Of a stretch of 32,000 bases of DNA, positions 1 through 8,932 are shown one piece after another. The DNA comes from Candidatus Saccharimonadota bacterium (GTDB lineage: Bacteria > Patescibacteriota > Microgenomatia > UBA1406 > GWC2-37-13), in assembly GCA_016432445.1 (NCBI GenBank), contig CP066689.1:690001-722000 (forward strand), in the 5' to 3' direction. The notes below the pieces were generated by a model. It was not told the origin of the DNA. It saw nothing but the letters and a program-made list of their open reading frames with translations, and did not search any database. A program made the translations under genes and the position numbers. Every line of letters starts with the position of its first letter. Within the stretch, counting starts at the first letter, position 1.

Positions 1-1316
1 TCTTCAATCCAGCTTTTATATTCGACAATCGGATGATAATTAAAAAAATTTAGAAATAGATCAAATACAGTTATTGATATGACTAAAAAAGGCAGAAAAG
101 GAAGTTTTTTTTTAATTATTTTTTTTGTTTTTAAATCTTTGAATGCAAAACCTGCCATGAGACTAACGAAAATAACAACCACTACCATAAATCGTGTCGG
201 TCCCCTAAATAAGCTAAATGGAAACATGTATGAAATTAAATAGAAAGGTGAATTTTTTCCAAGAGCAAGAACAAAAAAAAATACAATTAAAATTGTAATT
301 AACTTCATGAATTTATTTTTTTTCAAAACAAACAACGAATAAACAAACAGTAGAAACGGCAATATTCCAATATATAAATTACTCTCCCAAAAAATATCAC
401 CATCAACCCCGTTTGTGACGTAACTGCCATTTTTAGGACTACCAAAAATATAAGGATTAATGAATGTTAATAAGTTTCTGATAGGAAAAGAAGGAAATAG
501 ACTATTTAAAGAATTTAATCTGCTATTTCTCACCGAATTAAGAAACAAATCACCTACCGAAACAATTTCAGGTAAAGACAGAATGAAAAAAAGGATTAGC
601 GATCCAATCATGTTCCATATAGTGAATGAATCAACTTTTCTTAGTTTTAATATTCTTGAGATTAGAACATAAACCAGCAGTGCCACAAAAGTAATGAAAG
701 TCAATTGAAACTGACCGTTGGAAAATTGAAGATTGAGTAATATAACGAGAATCAAAGACATTGTAATCTTTTTTACTTTATTTTCTGCAATGATTACCGT
801 ATCTAAAACAAACATTATTAAGGGGATGTAGGCTATGTTTTGCAATAAAGTATAATGGGAAATTTTAAAAATCATTAGGCCTGAAAACATAAATGTAATG
901 GCACTAAAAAATGATGAAATTCTATCTAGTTTCATTCTTCTTCCCACTAAAAATACCCCCACTCCAGCAATAAAAAAAGCCAAGACATAACCTAAATTAA
1001 AAGCAAAAGGCATTGGAAAAAACTTATAAATTAAATAATTTATTGGATTCAGGTAGGCAATTTGACCATCGGCCGTTAATGACATTCCATTAAGAAGCAG
1101 GTCTGTATATTCTTGAAATGTCGAATGCTTTAAACCGTCAGACAGAAAATATTTCTCAGCAAAGGTATAATGCCATAAATCAGATGTTTGAAAATCAGGA
1201 GTAACGATAACCTTTTGGCCAGAAATAAATAACTTATTGAAAAAGATTAACGATAAAACAAAAATAAGTAGTAAAATTAAGAAGGTTTTTAGACTAGTTT
1301 CTCTTTTTTTTACCAT
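1..1316 (-). CDS. polytopic membrane protein, YfhO/ArnT-like glycosyltransferase type (N-terminal part; partial, runs off window edge)
   Basis: Minus-strand frame is open from the ATG at 1316-1314 to the window edge. It is absent from the track because it is incomplete. My translation: MVKKRETSLKTFLILLLIFVLSLIFF...NPYIFGSPKNGSYVTNGVDGDIFWESNLYIGILPFLLF..., with many hydrophobic segments. Family assignment is by resemblance only. Confidence 0.55.
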   Translation of the reverse strand, partial: MVKKRETSLKTFLILLLIFVLSLIFFNKLFISGQKVIVTPDFQTSDLWHYTFAEKYFLSDGLKHSTFQEYTDLLLNGMSLTADGQIAYLNPINYLIYKFFPMPFAFNLGYVLAFFIAGVGVFLVGRRMKLDRISSFFSAITFMFSGLMIFKISHYTLLQNIAYIPLIMFVLDTVIIAENKVKKITMSLILVILLNLQFSNGQFQLTFITFVALLVYVLISRILKLRKVDSFTIWNMIGSLILFFILSLPEIVSVGDLFLNSVRNSRLNSLNSLFPSFPIRNLLTFINPYIFGSPKNGSYVTNGVDGDIFWESNLYIGILPFLLFVYSLFVLKKNKFMKLITILIVFFFVLALGKNSPFYLISYMFPFSLFRGPTRFMVVVVIFVSLMAGFAFKDLKTKKIIKKKLPFLPFLVISITVFDLFLNFFNYHPIVEYKSWIE

Positions 1317-1387
1317 CTGCCAAATTGACATAGGTGACATAGGTAAGATTATACATTAAAATGATCAATCTTAATTTAACTTAAAAA

Positions 1388-2062
1388 ATGAATTTCTTCG
1401 GAGAAAATTTATATAAAAAAGCCAGAAAACTTAACCTTAAAGAATTTGATCAATTCAATAAAGACTACTATAGATTGATCGAGGACTACGATTGGGTAAA
1501 AGTAATAAAAAATTTTAGTGGACCGGAATCCATATATCATAAATTAAGAGAAAAAACCGCGATGGCATATATATCTCTTTTTATCTCGGATAAAAAAAAT
1601 CGAAAAATATTAGATGCAGGATGCGGCACCGGTTTAATCTTAAGACACCTACCCAAAAATTCTGTCGGAATAGACATTAATCCTCGACATATAGAAAAAA
1701 CAAAAAGAAATACTCTGTCTAATAAAATTGTTTTAGGAGATATTGAAAAAACTCCTTTTAAGAAAAATACTTATGATATAGTTGTTTGTTTCGAAACCTT
1801 GGAACATCTTCTTTTTCCTGAAAAAGCTCTCAGTGAATTTAAAAGAATTCTTAAAAAAGGAGGATTGTTCATCGGAAGTGTACCAAGAAAATCTATGCTC
1901 TGGTATCTTCGAGCTTTAAGCAAATCTCATCCTCATAACGAACCTTTTCATCGCGAATTTAGTGAAAAAGAAATTTTCTTACTTGTGTCAAAATCGTTTA
2001 AAATACAAAAGATCAAAAAGGAGATCTTTGGTCTTAACTTTTTTTTTGTTGCTAATGCATAA
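1388..2062 (+). CDS. class I SAM-dependent methyltransferase
   Basis: ORF track. SAM-binding motif I LDAGCGTGLI, plus DIVVCFETLEH and LKKGGLF motifs. Confidence 0.8.
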   Translation: MNFFGENLYKKARKLNLKEFDQFNKDYYRLIEDYDWVKVIKNFSGPESIYHKLREKTAMAYISLFISDKKNRKILDAGCGTGLILRHLPKNSVGIDINPRHIEKTKRNTLSNKIVLGDIEKTPFKKNTYDIVVCFETLEHLLFPEKALSEFKRILKKGGLFIGSVPRKSMLWYLRALSKSHPHNEPFHREFSEKEIFLLVSKSFKIQKIKKEIFGLNFFFVANA

Positions 2063-2096
2063 AAATTCCGATATATTAACTATATGGGTGGGACGT

Positions 2097-2540
2097 ATGA
2101 AAAATAGACTTAAAGGATTTACTCTTTTGGAACTAATGATCGTAATAGCAATCCTCGGCATTTTAGCATCATTTATATCTGGTAATTTAATCAACTCTCT
2201 TAAAAAAGGCCGGGATGCACGAAGAAAGTCTGATCTTGAACAGATTCAGCGAGCGCTTGAACTTTATTACGAAGATAACAAATCATACCCGGCTTTAATT
2301 ACTGCTGGGTCTCAAATCACTCATCCTTCAGTTGCCAATAAAGTTTATATGCAAAGAGTGCCTGATGATCCGGCTTCTAACAACGACTATACTTATGTCT
2401 CGAGCGGAACTAATTATAAAATCTATTCATGCATTGAAAATACAAATGATAATGGTCCGGGGGTAACAACTTACAGTGTAACTTGCGGCGACTGCGGAAA
2501 CTGCAAATATGGAGTCTCCAGTAGCAATACATTACCTTAG
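2097..2540 (+). CDS. prepilin-type N-terminal cleavage/methylation domain protein (type IV pilin / pseudopilin-like)
   Basis: The internal ATG at 2097 is preferred to the track start at 1962, which overlaps the methyltransferase. MKNRLKG/FTLLELMIVIAILGILA is a class III signal peptide. There is a C-terminal Cys cluster, CGDCGNC. Confidence 0.8.
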   Translation: MKNRLKGFTLLELMIVIAILGILASFISGNLINSLKKGRDARRKSDLEQIQRALELYYEDNKSYPALITAGSQITHPSVANKVYMQRVPDDPASNNDYTYVSSGTNYKIYSCIENTNDNGPGVTTYSVTCGDCGNCKYGVSSSNTLP

Positions 2541-2551
2541 TTCATAAAAAA

Positions 2552-4636
2552 CTATGGCGTTTCTAACTCTTTTTTAGCTTCTTCGTACTGAGGATTAACC
2601 TTTTTTAAGAGGAATTCAAAAATCTTTTTAGCTTCTTCATTTTGGCCGTATTTTTTAAAAAGTTGGCCCTTGAGAAAATACGCATCTTCAAAATTAGGCT
2701 TCAAGTTTATCGCTTCCTCAATTTCTTTCAAAGATTTTTTTTGATAATCATTATTTTTATCTTTAGAATCATCATCAAGTAAAGTGTAATACAAAGCAAT
2801 AGAATAAGGTATCTTTGGATCAGTTGGAGACAGGCGCTTAGCCTGAACTAATGCTTCTATTCCCTTATTTAAATGGTTAGAGTCCACTGTACCTTGATAG
2901 AATAAATACTGATTTTTAGCTCTAGTTTTCCAATATGTAACATTATAAGGAGAAGATTTAATGGATTTTAGGTTATAATAATCAGATAATTTAACTAAAT
3001 TCTTGGCAGTTGCAGCATCTTTCTGGTAATGAGTCACGTAGGAAAGATTAGCTAGATTATAAGATAATTTATCTTCATAAACATGCTCATAATGTAAACC
3101 TAAAGACTGAGAAAGCAAGCTAGAAGCGGTTTTATAATCACCGACTTTATAATATGTCTCGCTTTTTGCATAAACTATATCAGCTATGTAGTATTTGATT
3201 AAAAATGAAAGTATTATAAGAAACACTAATGTAATTAGACCTAATGAAATCGTTTGCTTTTTGTCTTTCTTAAAATTTAGGTTAATAATAATTTTTTTAT
3301 TTCTAGGATAGTTTGTATATAATGCTATTATAATCGCTGGAATTATATAAAAAAATAAATTAATGGTAGTTGTTGAAAAACCTAAAGAATTAGTAATTAA
3401 AATTGAAATATAAGCGCAAAATAAAGAGAGAAAAAGAAGAGAATTATTTTTATCAGATAAAATTCTTTTAAAGAGAAGTAATAAAACTGAAAATATCATT
3501 ATTAAATAAGCTGATAAACCAATATAACCTGTTGTTGCAAAATAATTAAGAAACTCATTATGAGCCTTGTTGTAAAGAAAATCCCATTCAGAGGTTAGAT
3601 TATGCTCAACAGGACGTTTAAAATAGTAAGAATTAGCAAACGTTTCTACCCCAGTCCCAAATAATGGATAACTTTTTCCAATCTCTACTGCTCCTTTCCA
3701 GACAATTTTTCTTATATCAAATGAATCAGTTACAATACTCGTTGAGTATTTATTTTGCACAGAATTAATTGTAGTTTTTGATGAAAAAGAAAAATATTTG
3801 TCAATAGAAGGTTTTCCTGTTTTAAAAAACAAAATCAAAAAAATTAAACCTGTAATCATAATAACACTTTTCTTAATACCTACTCTAAAAGAAATAAATA
3901 TTATTAACGCTATGATTGTAGCCGCTATTGCTGATTGTGAGTGAGTAAAAAAAATAGTTATTAAATTAAGAATGAGATATGAAATGTAAAAAATTTTGTC
4001 TTTGATATTTTTTTTTATTTTTGCCTTATCCTTTTGAAGCAAAAAATATAAACCAATAAAAAAAAGCACTGAGAGATATGCACCAAGCCAGTTAGGCTGA
4101 CCTAAAGTGGAAAATAACCGTTCAGCCGGACGGAACTGATCCGTCCAACAGCTGTTGTTAAAATCTCCGGTAAAAGCTAGGCAAAATAAATCATAACCAA
4201 ATTTGCCAGGTAATCCCAAAATGATAACAAAGACAGAGGAAATTAAGGAAATTTTAAGTAATCTAAAAATGAAGCTTTTATCAAAAACATCAATAAAAAT
4301 ATAAAATAACACAAGATAACTTATTATTGAAAATAATCCGCCATTAAAACGGCCGTAATAACCAAAAAGAGAAGTATGGATATCGATCGAAAAGATAGTC
4401 GATAAAACTTGAGAGACTAAAAATAAAATAATAGGAATATAGAATACATTCTTTTTAAGAATTGCTTTTTTTGTCGTTATCTTATCTGTAAGCCAGATAA
4501 ATACTATAAGCAAAGTGATTAAATAAATAAACATCATCTTATTAAACTCAAAAAGTTCCGAAGTTTTCGAATAAACAATCAATGGAGTCGCAAAAAAAAG
4601 GATATAATATAAAAAGCGAATGATGTTTGTTAACAT
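2552..4636 (-). CDS. O-antigen ligase/polymerase-like (Wzy_C-type) polytopic membrane protein with C-terminal TPR repeats
   Basis: 694 aa. About 12 hydrophobic segments are followed by a soluble tail with TPR-like repeats (AYFLKGQLFKKYGQNEEAKKIFE...). This architecture is common in CPR genomes. Confidence 0.6.
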   Translation of the reverse strand: MLTNIIRFLYYILFFATPLIVYSKTSELFEFNKMMFIYLITLLIVFIWLTDKITTKKAILKKNVFYIPIILFLVSQVLSTIFSIDIHTSLFGYYGRFNGGLFSIISYLVLFYIFIDVFDKSFIFRLLKISLISSVFVIILGLPGKFGYDLFCLAFTGDFNNSCWTDQFRPAERLFSTLGQPNWLGAYLSVLFFIGLYFLLQKDKAKIKKNIKDKIFYISYLILNLITIFFTHSQSAIAATIIALIIFISFRVGIKKSVIMITGLIFLILFFKTGKPSIDKYFSFSSKTTINSVQNKYSTSIVTDSFDIRKIVWKGAVEIGKSYPLFGTGVETFANSYYFKRPVEHNLTSEWDFLYNKAHNEFLNYFATTGYIGLSAYLIMIFSVLLLLFKRILSDKNNSLLFLSLFCAYISILITNSLGFSTTTINLFFYIIPAIIIALYTNYPRNKKIIINLNFKKDKKQTISLGLITLVFLIILSFLIKYYIADIVYAKSETYYKVGDYKTASSLLSQSLGLHYEHVYEDKLSYNLANLSYVTHYQKDAATAKNLVKLSDYYNLKSIKSSPYNVTYWKTRAKNQYLFYQGTVDSNHLNKGIEALVQAKRLSPTDPKIPYSIALYYTLLDDDSKDKNNDYQKKSLKEIEEAINLKPNFEDAYFLKGQLFKKYGQNEEAKKIFEFLLKKVNPQYEEAKKELETP

Positions 4637-4637
4637 A

Positions 4638-4711
4638 GTTATGAGTTGTGGGTTGTGAGTTTTGGGTTTAACTCATAACTCAGAACCCATAACCCAGAAC
4701 TCTAAACTCTT
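4638..4711. repeat. phased heptamer hairpin spacer (GTTNTGR x5 then NCANAAC x5)
   Basis: Reads GTTATGA GTTGTGG GTTGTGA GTTTTGG GTTTAAC TCATAAC TCAGAAC CCATAAC CCAGAAC TCTAAAC in an unbroken 7-nt phase. It fills the whole divergent spacer between the start at 4636 (-) and the mreB ATG at 4712. Confidence 0.85.
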
Positions 4712-5773
4712 ATGCTTAATTTTATAGAAATTTTTAAAAAAATCCAAATTCCTTTTTTTTCCTCATTAAGTGTATATTTTGACTTAGGTACATCAAATAC
4801 GCGCATAGGTATTAAAGATAAAGGAATAGTTTTAAGAGAACCTACTTATCTTGGGTATAACACAAGAATAAAAGAGTATATTTTTTTTGGCAAAGAAGCC
4901 AAAACGATAATTGGTAAAACTCCAAACTTCATTCATATAATTCAACCTTTAGTTAACGGTATTCTTTCCGATTTTGACGCCCAGGTAGCTTTAATTGAGT
5001 ATTTTACAAAAAAATCGGTCTATCCTTATTTCTCTCAAACGCGATTTCTTAAACCTACGCTCAAAGCCTTCTCTGTAATTCCTTCTATTGCAACTGAGAT
5101 CGAGCAAAAAGCTGTTGAGGAAGCTCTGGAAAAAGCCGGATGTTCTTCTGTTTATTTAGTTGAAAAACCCTTAGCTGTAACAGCTGGATGCGGATTTGAT
5201 ATTTTTTCTCATCAGCCTCATTTTATTGTAGATCTGGGTGGAGGATTAATTGAACTAAGTATTGTTTCAGGTGGCGGCATAGTGATTCAAAAAACATTAA
5301 AAACCGCCGGCGAACATATGAATAAATTAATCGCTAATTACTCTTACCTTAAACATGGTATTATTCTTGGCGATAAAACCTGTGAAGATTTAAAAATTAG
5401 CTTGCTTCATTTTGAAGGTGAAGAAAAAACAATCATGGTCCGAGGAAAATCTTTAGAAACCGGTCTACCTAAATCAGTAAGAATGAAAACTGCTGACATC
5501 AAAGAAGCTTTACTTACTTCATTTAACTCAATTACTGACTCGATAAAAGAGCTCATTGAACTTTCCCCTCCAGAAATAGCTGATGAAGTATTCAAGAATG
5601 GTATCACTTTAACCGGAGGAATAGCTTCAGCTAATGGCCTTGACAATTTTTTTTCACAGGAACTAAAAATTCCAGTTGTGATTGCTGATCATTATATAGA
5701 TGCCACTCTAAACGGCCTTATTGCTATCGACAAAAACCAAGATCAGTTTTTTAAATTGTTTGGATATAAGTAA
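4712..5773 (+). CDS. mreB: rod shape-determining actin-like protein MreB
   Basis: 353 aa. Actin-fold phosphate and adenosine motifs DLGTSNTRIG, VDLGGGLIELSIV and LTGGIASANGL. Confidence 0.85.
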   Translation: MLNFIEIFKKIQIPFFSSLSVYFDLGTSNTRIGIKDKGIVLREPTYLGYNTRIKEYIFFGKEAKTIIGKTPNFIHIIQPLVNGILSDFDAQVALIEYFTKKSVYPYFSQTRFLKPTLKAFSVIPSIATEIEQKAVEEALEKAGCSSVYLVEKPLAVTAGCGFDIFSHQPHFIVDLGGGLIELSIVSGGGIVIQKTLKTAGEHMNKLIANYSYLKHGIILGDKTCEDLKISLLHFEGEEKTIMVRGKSLETGLPKSVRMKTADIKEALLTSFNSITDSIKELIELSPPEIADEVFKNGITLTGGIASANGLDNFFSQELKIPVVIADHYIDATLNGLIAIDKNQDQFFKLFGYK

Positions 5774-5859
5774 GTTATGAGTTAAGGGTTGCGGATTGAG
5801 AATAATGAGCCAATACAATAGAATACAGTTTTACGCTTGTATTTATAACTTAATTGGGG

Positions 5860-5888
5860 TTGATTTCTTACAGATATTCTTATAGAAT
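5860..5888 (+). promoter_or_regulatory. candidate sigma70-type promoter upstream of 16S rRNA (TTGATT-17-TAGAAT)
   Basis: TTGATT at 5860-5865, a 17-nt spacer, then TAGAAT at 5883-5888. A second TTGACA at 5949 lacks a good -10 element. Confidence 0.3.
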
Positions 5889-5990
5889 ATAAATTCACTT
5901 CATAAAAGTGTTTATCCCTCCGAAGCTTCATGCGAAGGGGGACGTACATTGACAACTCGTGGTTTAAGTGAGTCTAGTTTAGTCTAGTAG

Positions 5991-6007
5991 TCGGGTTAGG
6001 TCCCCCC
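5991..6007 (+). promoter_or_regulatory. 5' strand of 16S precursor processing stem
   Basis: TCGGGTTAGGTCCCC is complementary to GGGGATCCTAACCCGA at 7634-7649, so the pair brackets the 16S gene. This is a classic RNase III-type stem arrangement. Confidence 0.6.
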
Positions 6008-6031
6008 GATCTAATCGGGGAGGGTCCTGAT

Positions 6032-7548
6032 TTTTTTAAGAGTTTGATCCTGGCTCAGGATGAACGCTAGCGGTGTGCCTGAGATATGCAAGTCGAGCGT
6101 CCCCGCCGCAAGGCGGGGTAGTGGCGGACGGCTGAGTAATATATAGGAACCTGCCTTTTTCTGGAGGATAGCCCCGCGAAAGCGGGGGTAATACTTCATG
6201 GTCCAGATACCATCTGGTACCTGGTAAAGGACGTAACTGTCCGGAAAAAGATGGGCCTATATTCTATCAGGTAGTTGGTAGGGTAATGGCCTACCAAGCC
6301 TATGACGGATAGCTGGTTTGAGAGGACGACCAGCCAGAGGGGGACTGAGACACGGCCCCCACTCCTACGGGAGGCAGCAATCAGGAATAGTCGGCAATGG
6401 GCGAAAGCCTGACCGCGCGACACCGCGTGCGGGATGAAGGTCTAAACGATCGTAAACCGCTGTGGTAGGGGAAGAAGTAGGCCATTGGCCTATTGACGGT
6501 ACCCTACTAGAAAGGAGCCGCTAACTGCGTGCCAGAAGCGTCGGTAATACGTGGGCTTCAAGCGTTATCCGGTTTTACTGGGCGTAAAAGGTCGTGTAGG
6601 CGGTTTGATAAGTTATCTCTTAAATTTTCTCGCTCAACGAGAAGCTTGGAGATAATACTATCAAACTTGAGTTTTCTTAAGGGAGACTGGAACTGAGGGA
6701 GGAGTAGTGAAATGCGTTGATACCCTCGGGAACACCAGTGGCGAAGGCGAGTCTCTGGAAGGAAACTGACGCTGAGACACGAAAGCTAGGGGAGCGAAGC
6801 AGATTAGAGACCTGCGTAGTCCTAGCCCTAAACGAATGCCTGCTGGCTGCATGGTTTCCCGACTTTGTCGAGGATTTCGTGTGGCGAAGGTAACCCGTTA
6901 AGCAGGCCGCCTGGGGAGTACGACCGCAAGGTTAAAACTCAAAGGAATTGGCGGGGAGGCACACAACCAGTGGAACATGTGGTTCAATTCGATACGAACC
7001 GAAGAACCTCACCAGGGCTTGAAATCCAAGCGTCCTATCCCGAGGAAACTCGGGAAATTCGCAAGAAGGTTTGGACAGGTACTGCATGGCTGTCGTCAGT
7101 TCGTTCCGTGAGGAGTGCCCTTAAGTGGGACAACGAACGCAACCCCTATCTTGTGTTAAATTTGTCACAAGAGACTGCCCCGCCTATGGCGGGGAGGAAG
7201 GAGGGGCAGACGTCAAGTCAGCATGGTCCTTATGCCCTGGGCTACACACATGTTACAATGAATAAAACAACGGGCTTTGCAAACGCGCAAGTGTAAGCAA
7301 ATCCCTTAAATTTATTCTCAGTGGGGATTGAGGTCTGCAACTCGACCTCATGAACGCGGAATTGGTAGTAATCGCGGATCAGCTATGCCGCGGTGAATAC
7401 GTTCTTGCCTCTTGCACACACCGCCCGTCAAGCCAACAAAGTCGGTGGCATTTGAACCCCGCTCAGCGGGGGAGAATTTCATCGGCGATGAGGGTTAAGT
7501 CGTAACAAGGTATCCGTTCTGGAAGGAGCGGATGGATCACCTCCTTTC
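6032..7548 (+). rRNA. rrs: 16S ribosomal RNA (about 1.5 kb, no large insertion)
   Basis: AGAGTTTGATCCTGGCTCAG at 6039. ACTCCTACGGGAGGCAGCA is present. CACACCGCCCGTCA is present. AAGTCGTAACAAGGTATCC...GGATCACCTCCTTTCT ends near 7548. The ends are approximate to a few nt. Confidence 0.95.
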
Positions 7549-7633
7549 TTTTTTTTTAAAAAGAAAAAAATCGTTTTTGAGCGAGACGATTCATAAAATT
7601 CGTTCAAAGTGAAACTTTAGGAATCCGCCTGTT

Positions 7634-7649
7634 GGGGATCCTAACCCGA
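7634..7649 (+). promoter_or_regulatory. 3' strand of 16S precursor processing stem
   Basis: Complementary to 5991-6007 (see that feature). Confidence 0.6.
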
Positions 7650-7684
7650 TTATTGGTCTAAAACTAACTCATAAAAATAAAGAA

Positions 7685-8926
7685 TTAAAAACCAAGCAGT
7701 TTTCCAAAACCTCCAAGCAAAGCAGCAATAGTAATTGCTACACCTGATACTATTAATAGTATATTTTGTACTTTATTATTTTTATAACTTCCCATCAGTT
7801 CTTCACTGTTGGCTAATTTGTATAAAAAGAAGAAAATCACAGGCAACATAAGTCCATTCAAAAAGTCCGCATAAAGAGTAATATTAAACAAAGATATATT
7901 AGGAAACCAAATAAATATCGTTCCTAAAATAATCTGCAGAAGAAAAAAACCATAAAAGAATTTACTTTTATCCAAACTTGTATCAAGACTTCCTTCATAA
8001 CCAAAAAACTCCGAAAAAGCATAAGCGGTAGCCAAGGGAACTATTGCTAAACCCAAAAAACCAGCAATTAAAAGTCCTACACCAAAAAACGTACTAGCTA
8101 ATGCACCAGCCACAGGCTTAATAGCAAGTGCCGCATCTGCCGCTCCAGTAATTTGAATACCGTTAACAAAAATTGTTGCTATAACAGCAACCATCATAAA
8201 CAAAGAAAACAGGTCTGTTAGAAATGCACCTGCATAAATTTCTAACCGCTGGTACTTGAGTTTTTCAGGAGTAATCTTTTTATCTTTAATATAACTATTG
8301 ATAAAAAATTGTCCCCAGGCCGTAACAGTTGTTCCAAGAACAGCAACTGAGGTATAAAGATAATCAAATGATATTCCGTCTGGAGGTCTCAAAAGTGATC
8401 TTCCAGTAAGGGCCCAATCAGGCTTGGACAAGAGTGCGGAAAAGAAGTAGGCAAGATAAAAGAGTATTAAAAAGAGAAAAAATCTTTCAATTTTAGTGAA
8501 AGATGATCTAATAATGAATAAAAATAAGAATCCAACAAGCAAAGGCAAAAATATACGGTAATCAAGCTGAAATAAGGTTAACGCTGATTTTAAACCTCCA
8601 AGGTTTTGCAAAATAACTCCAAAATTCACGATAAACAAAAGTAAAAACATAAACAAAGCTATTCTTATTCCATATTTCTCGCGTATCAAATCACCTAAAC
8701 CTTTGCCAGTTACAACTGCAATTCTGGCACCAATTTCCTGAGTAATCATAAGAACTATTGTTATTGGTATTAACGTAGTCAGCATTGAGTATCCAAACTT
8801 AGAAGCAGCAACCGAATAAGTTGCAACACCTCCAGCATCATTATCGGCAAACGCAGTAATCAAACCCGGACCGACAACAGCTATTAGAATTAGAAAACGC
8901 CTTTTGAAATGATAAAAAAAATTCAT
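7685..8926 (-). CDS. Nramp/SLC11-related transporter with non-canonical metal-site motifs (NRMT-like, possible Mg2+ transporter)
   Basis: 413 aa, polytopic. It aligns without gaps to MntH TM1 (GPGLITAFADNDAGGVAT against GPAVIASIAYMDPGNFAT) and TM6 (GTTVTAWGQ against GATVMPHVI). DPGN is therefore replaced by DAGG, and MPH by TAW. Confidence 0.75.
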   Translation of the reverse strand: MNFFYHFKRRFLILIAVVGPGLITAFADNDAGGVATYSVAASKFGYSMLTTLIPITIVLMITQEIGARIAVVTGKGLGDLIREKYGIRIALFMFLLLFIVNFGVILQNLGGLKSALTLFQLDYRIFLPLLVGFLFLFIIRSSFTKIERFFLFLILFYLAYFFSALLSKPDWALTGRSLLRPPDGISFDYLYTSVAVLGTTVTAWGQFFINSYIKDKKITPEKLKYQRLEIYAGAFLTDLFSLFMMVAVIATIFVNGIQITGAADAALAIKPVAGALASTFFGVGLLIAGFLGLAIVPLATAYAFSEFFGYEGSLDTSLDKSKFFYGFFLLQIILGTIFIWFPNISLFNITLYADFLNGLMLPVIFFFLYKLANSEELMGSYKNNKVQNILLIVSGVAITIAALLGGFGKLLGF

Positions 8927-8932
8927 TTTATA

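Noticed and set aside
1962-2096. Upstream extension of the pilin ORF. The same issue applies to the track starts at 16790 for frr, 21786 for rpsU and 30029 for the cassette B 4-TM gene.
   Set aside because: The extensions overlap the preceding genes or precede the SD. The internal starts give the canonical N-termini: the prepilin signal, the MDSVINEF start of RRF, the MVVITKK start of S21, and agreement with the paralog alignment.
6011-7296. Track ORFs 6011-6199(-), 6196-6423(-), 6661-6852(-) and 6865-7296(+)
   Set aside because: They lie entirely inside the 16S rRNA gene, so they are spurious reading frames in structural RNA.
6032-7548. Insertion or intron in the 16S gene, which is common in CPR
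   Set aside because: The gene length of about 1.5 kb and the continuity of the conserved blocks leave no room for an insertion in this copy.
7550-7684. Expected 16S-23S spacer with tRNA-Ile/tRNA-Ala and a 23S gene
   Set aside because: No tRNA or 23S sequence is present. The region holds only A/T runs, a small hairpin and the 3' strand of the processing stem, and then a convergent CDS.
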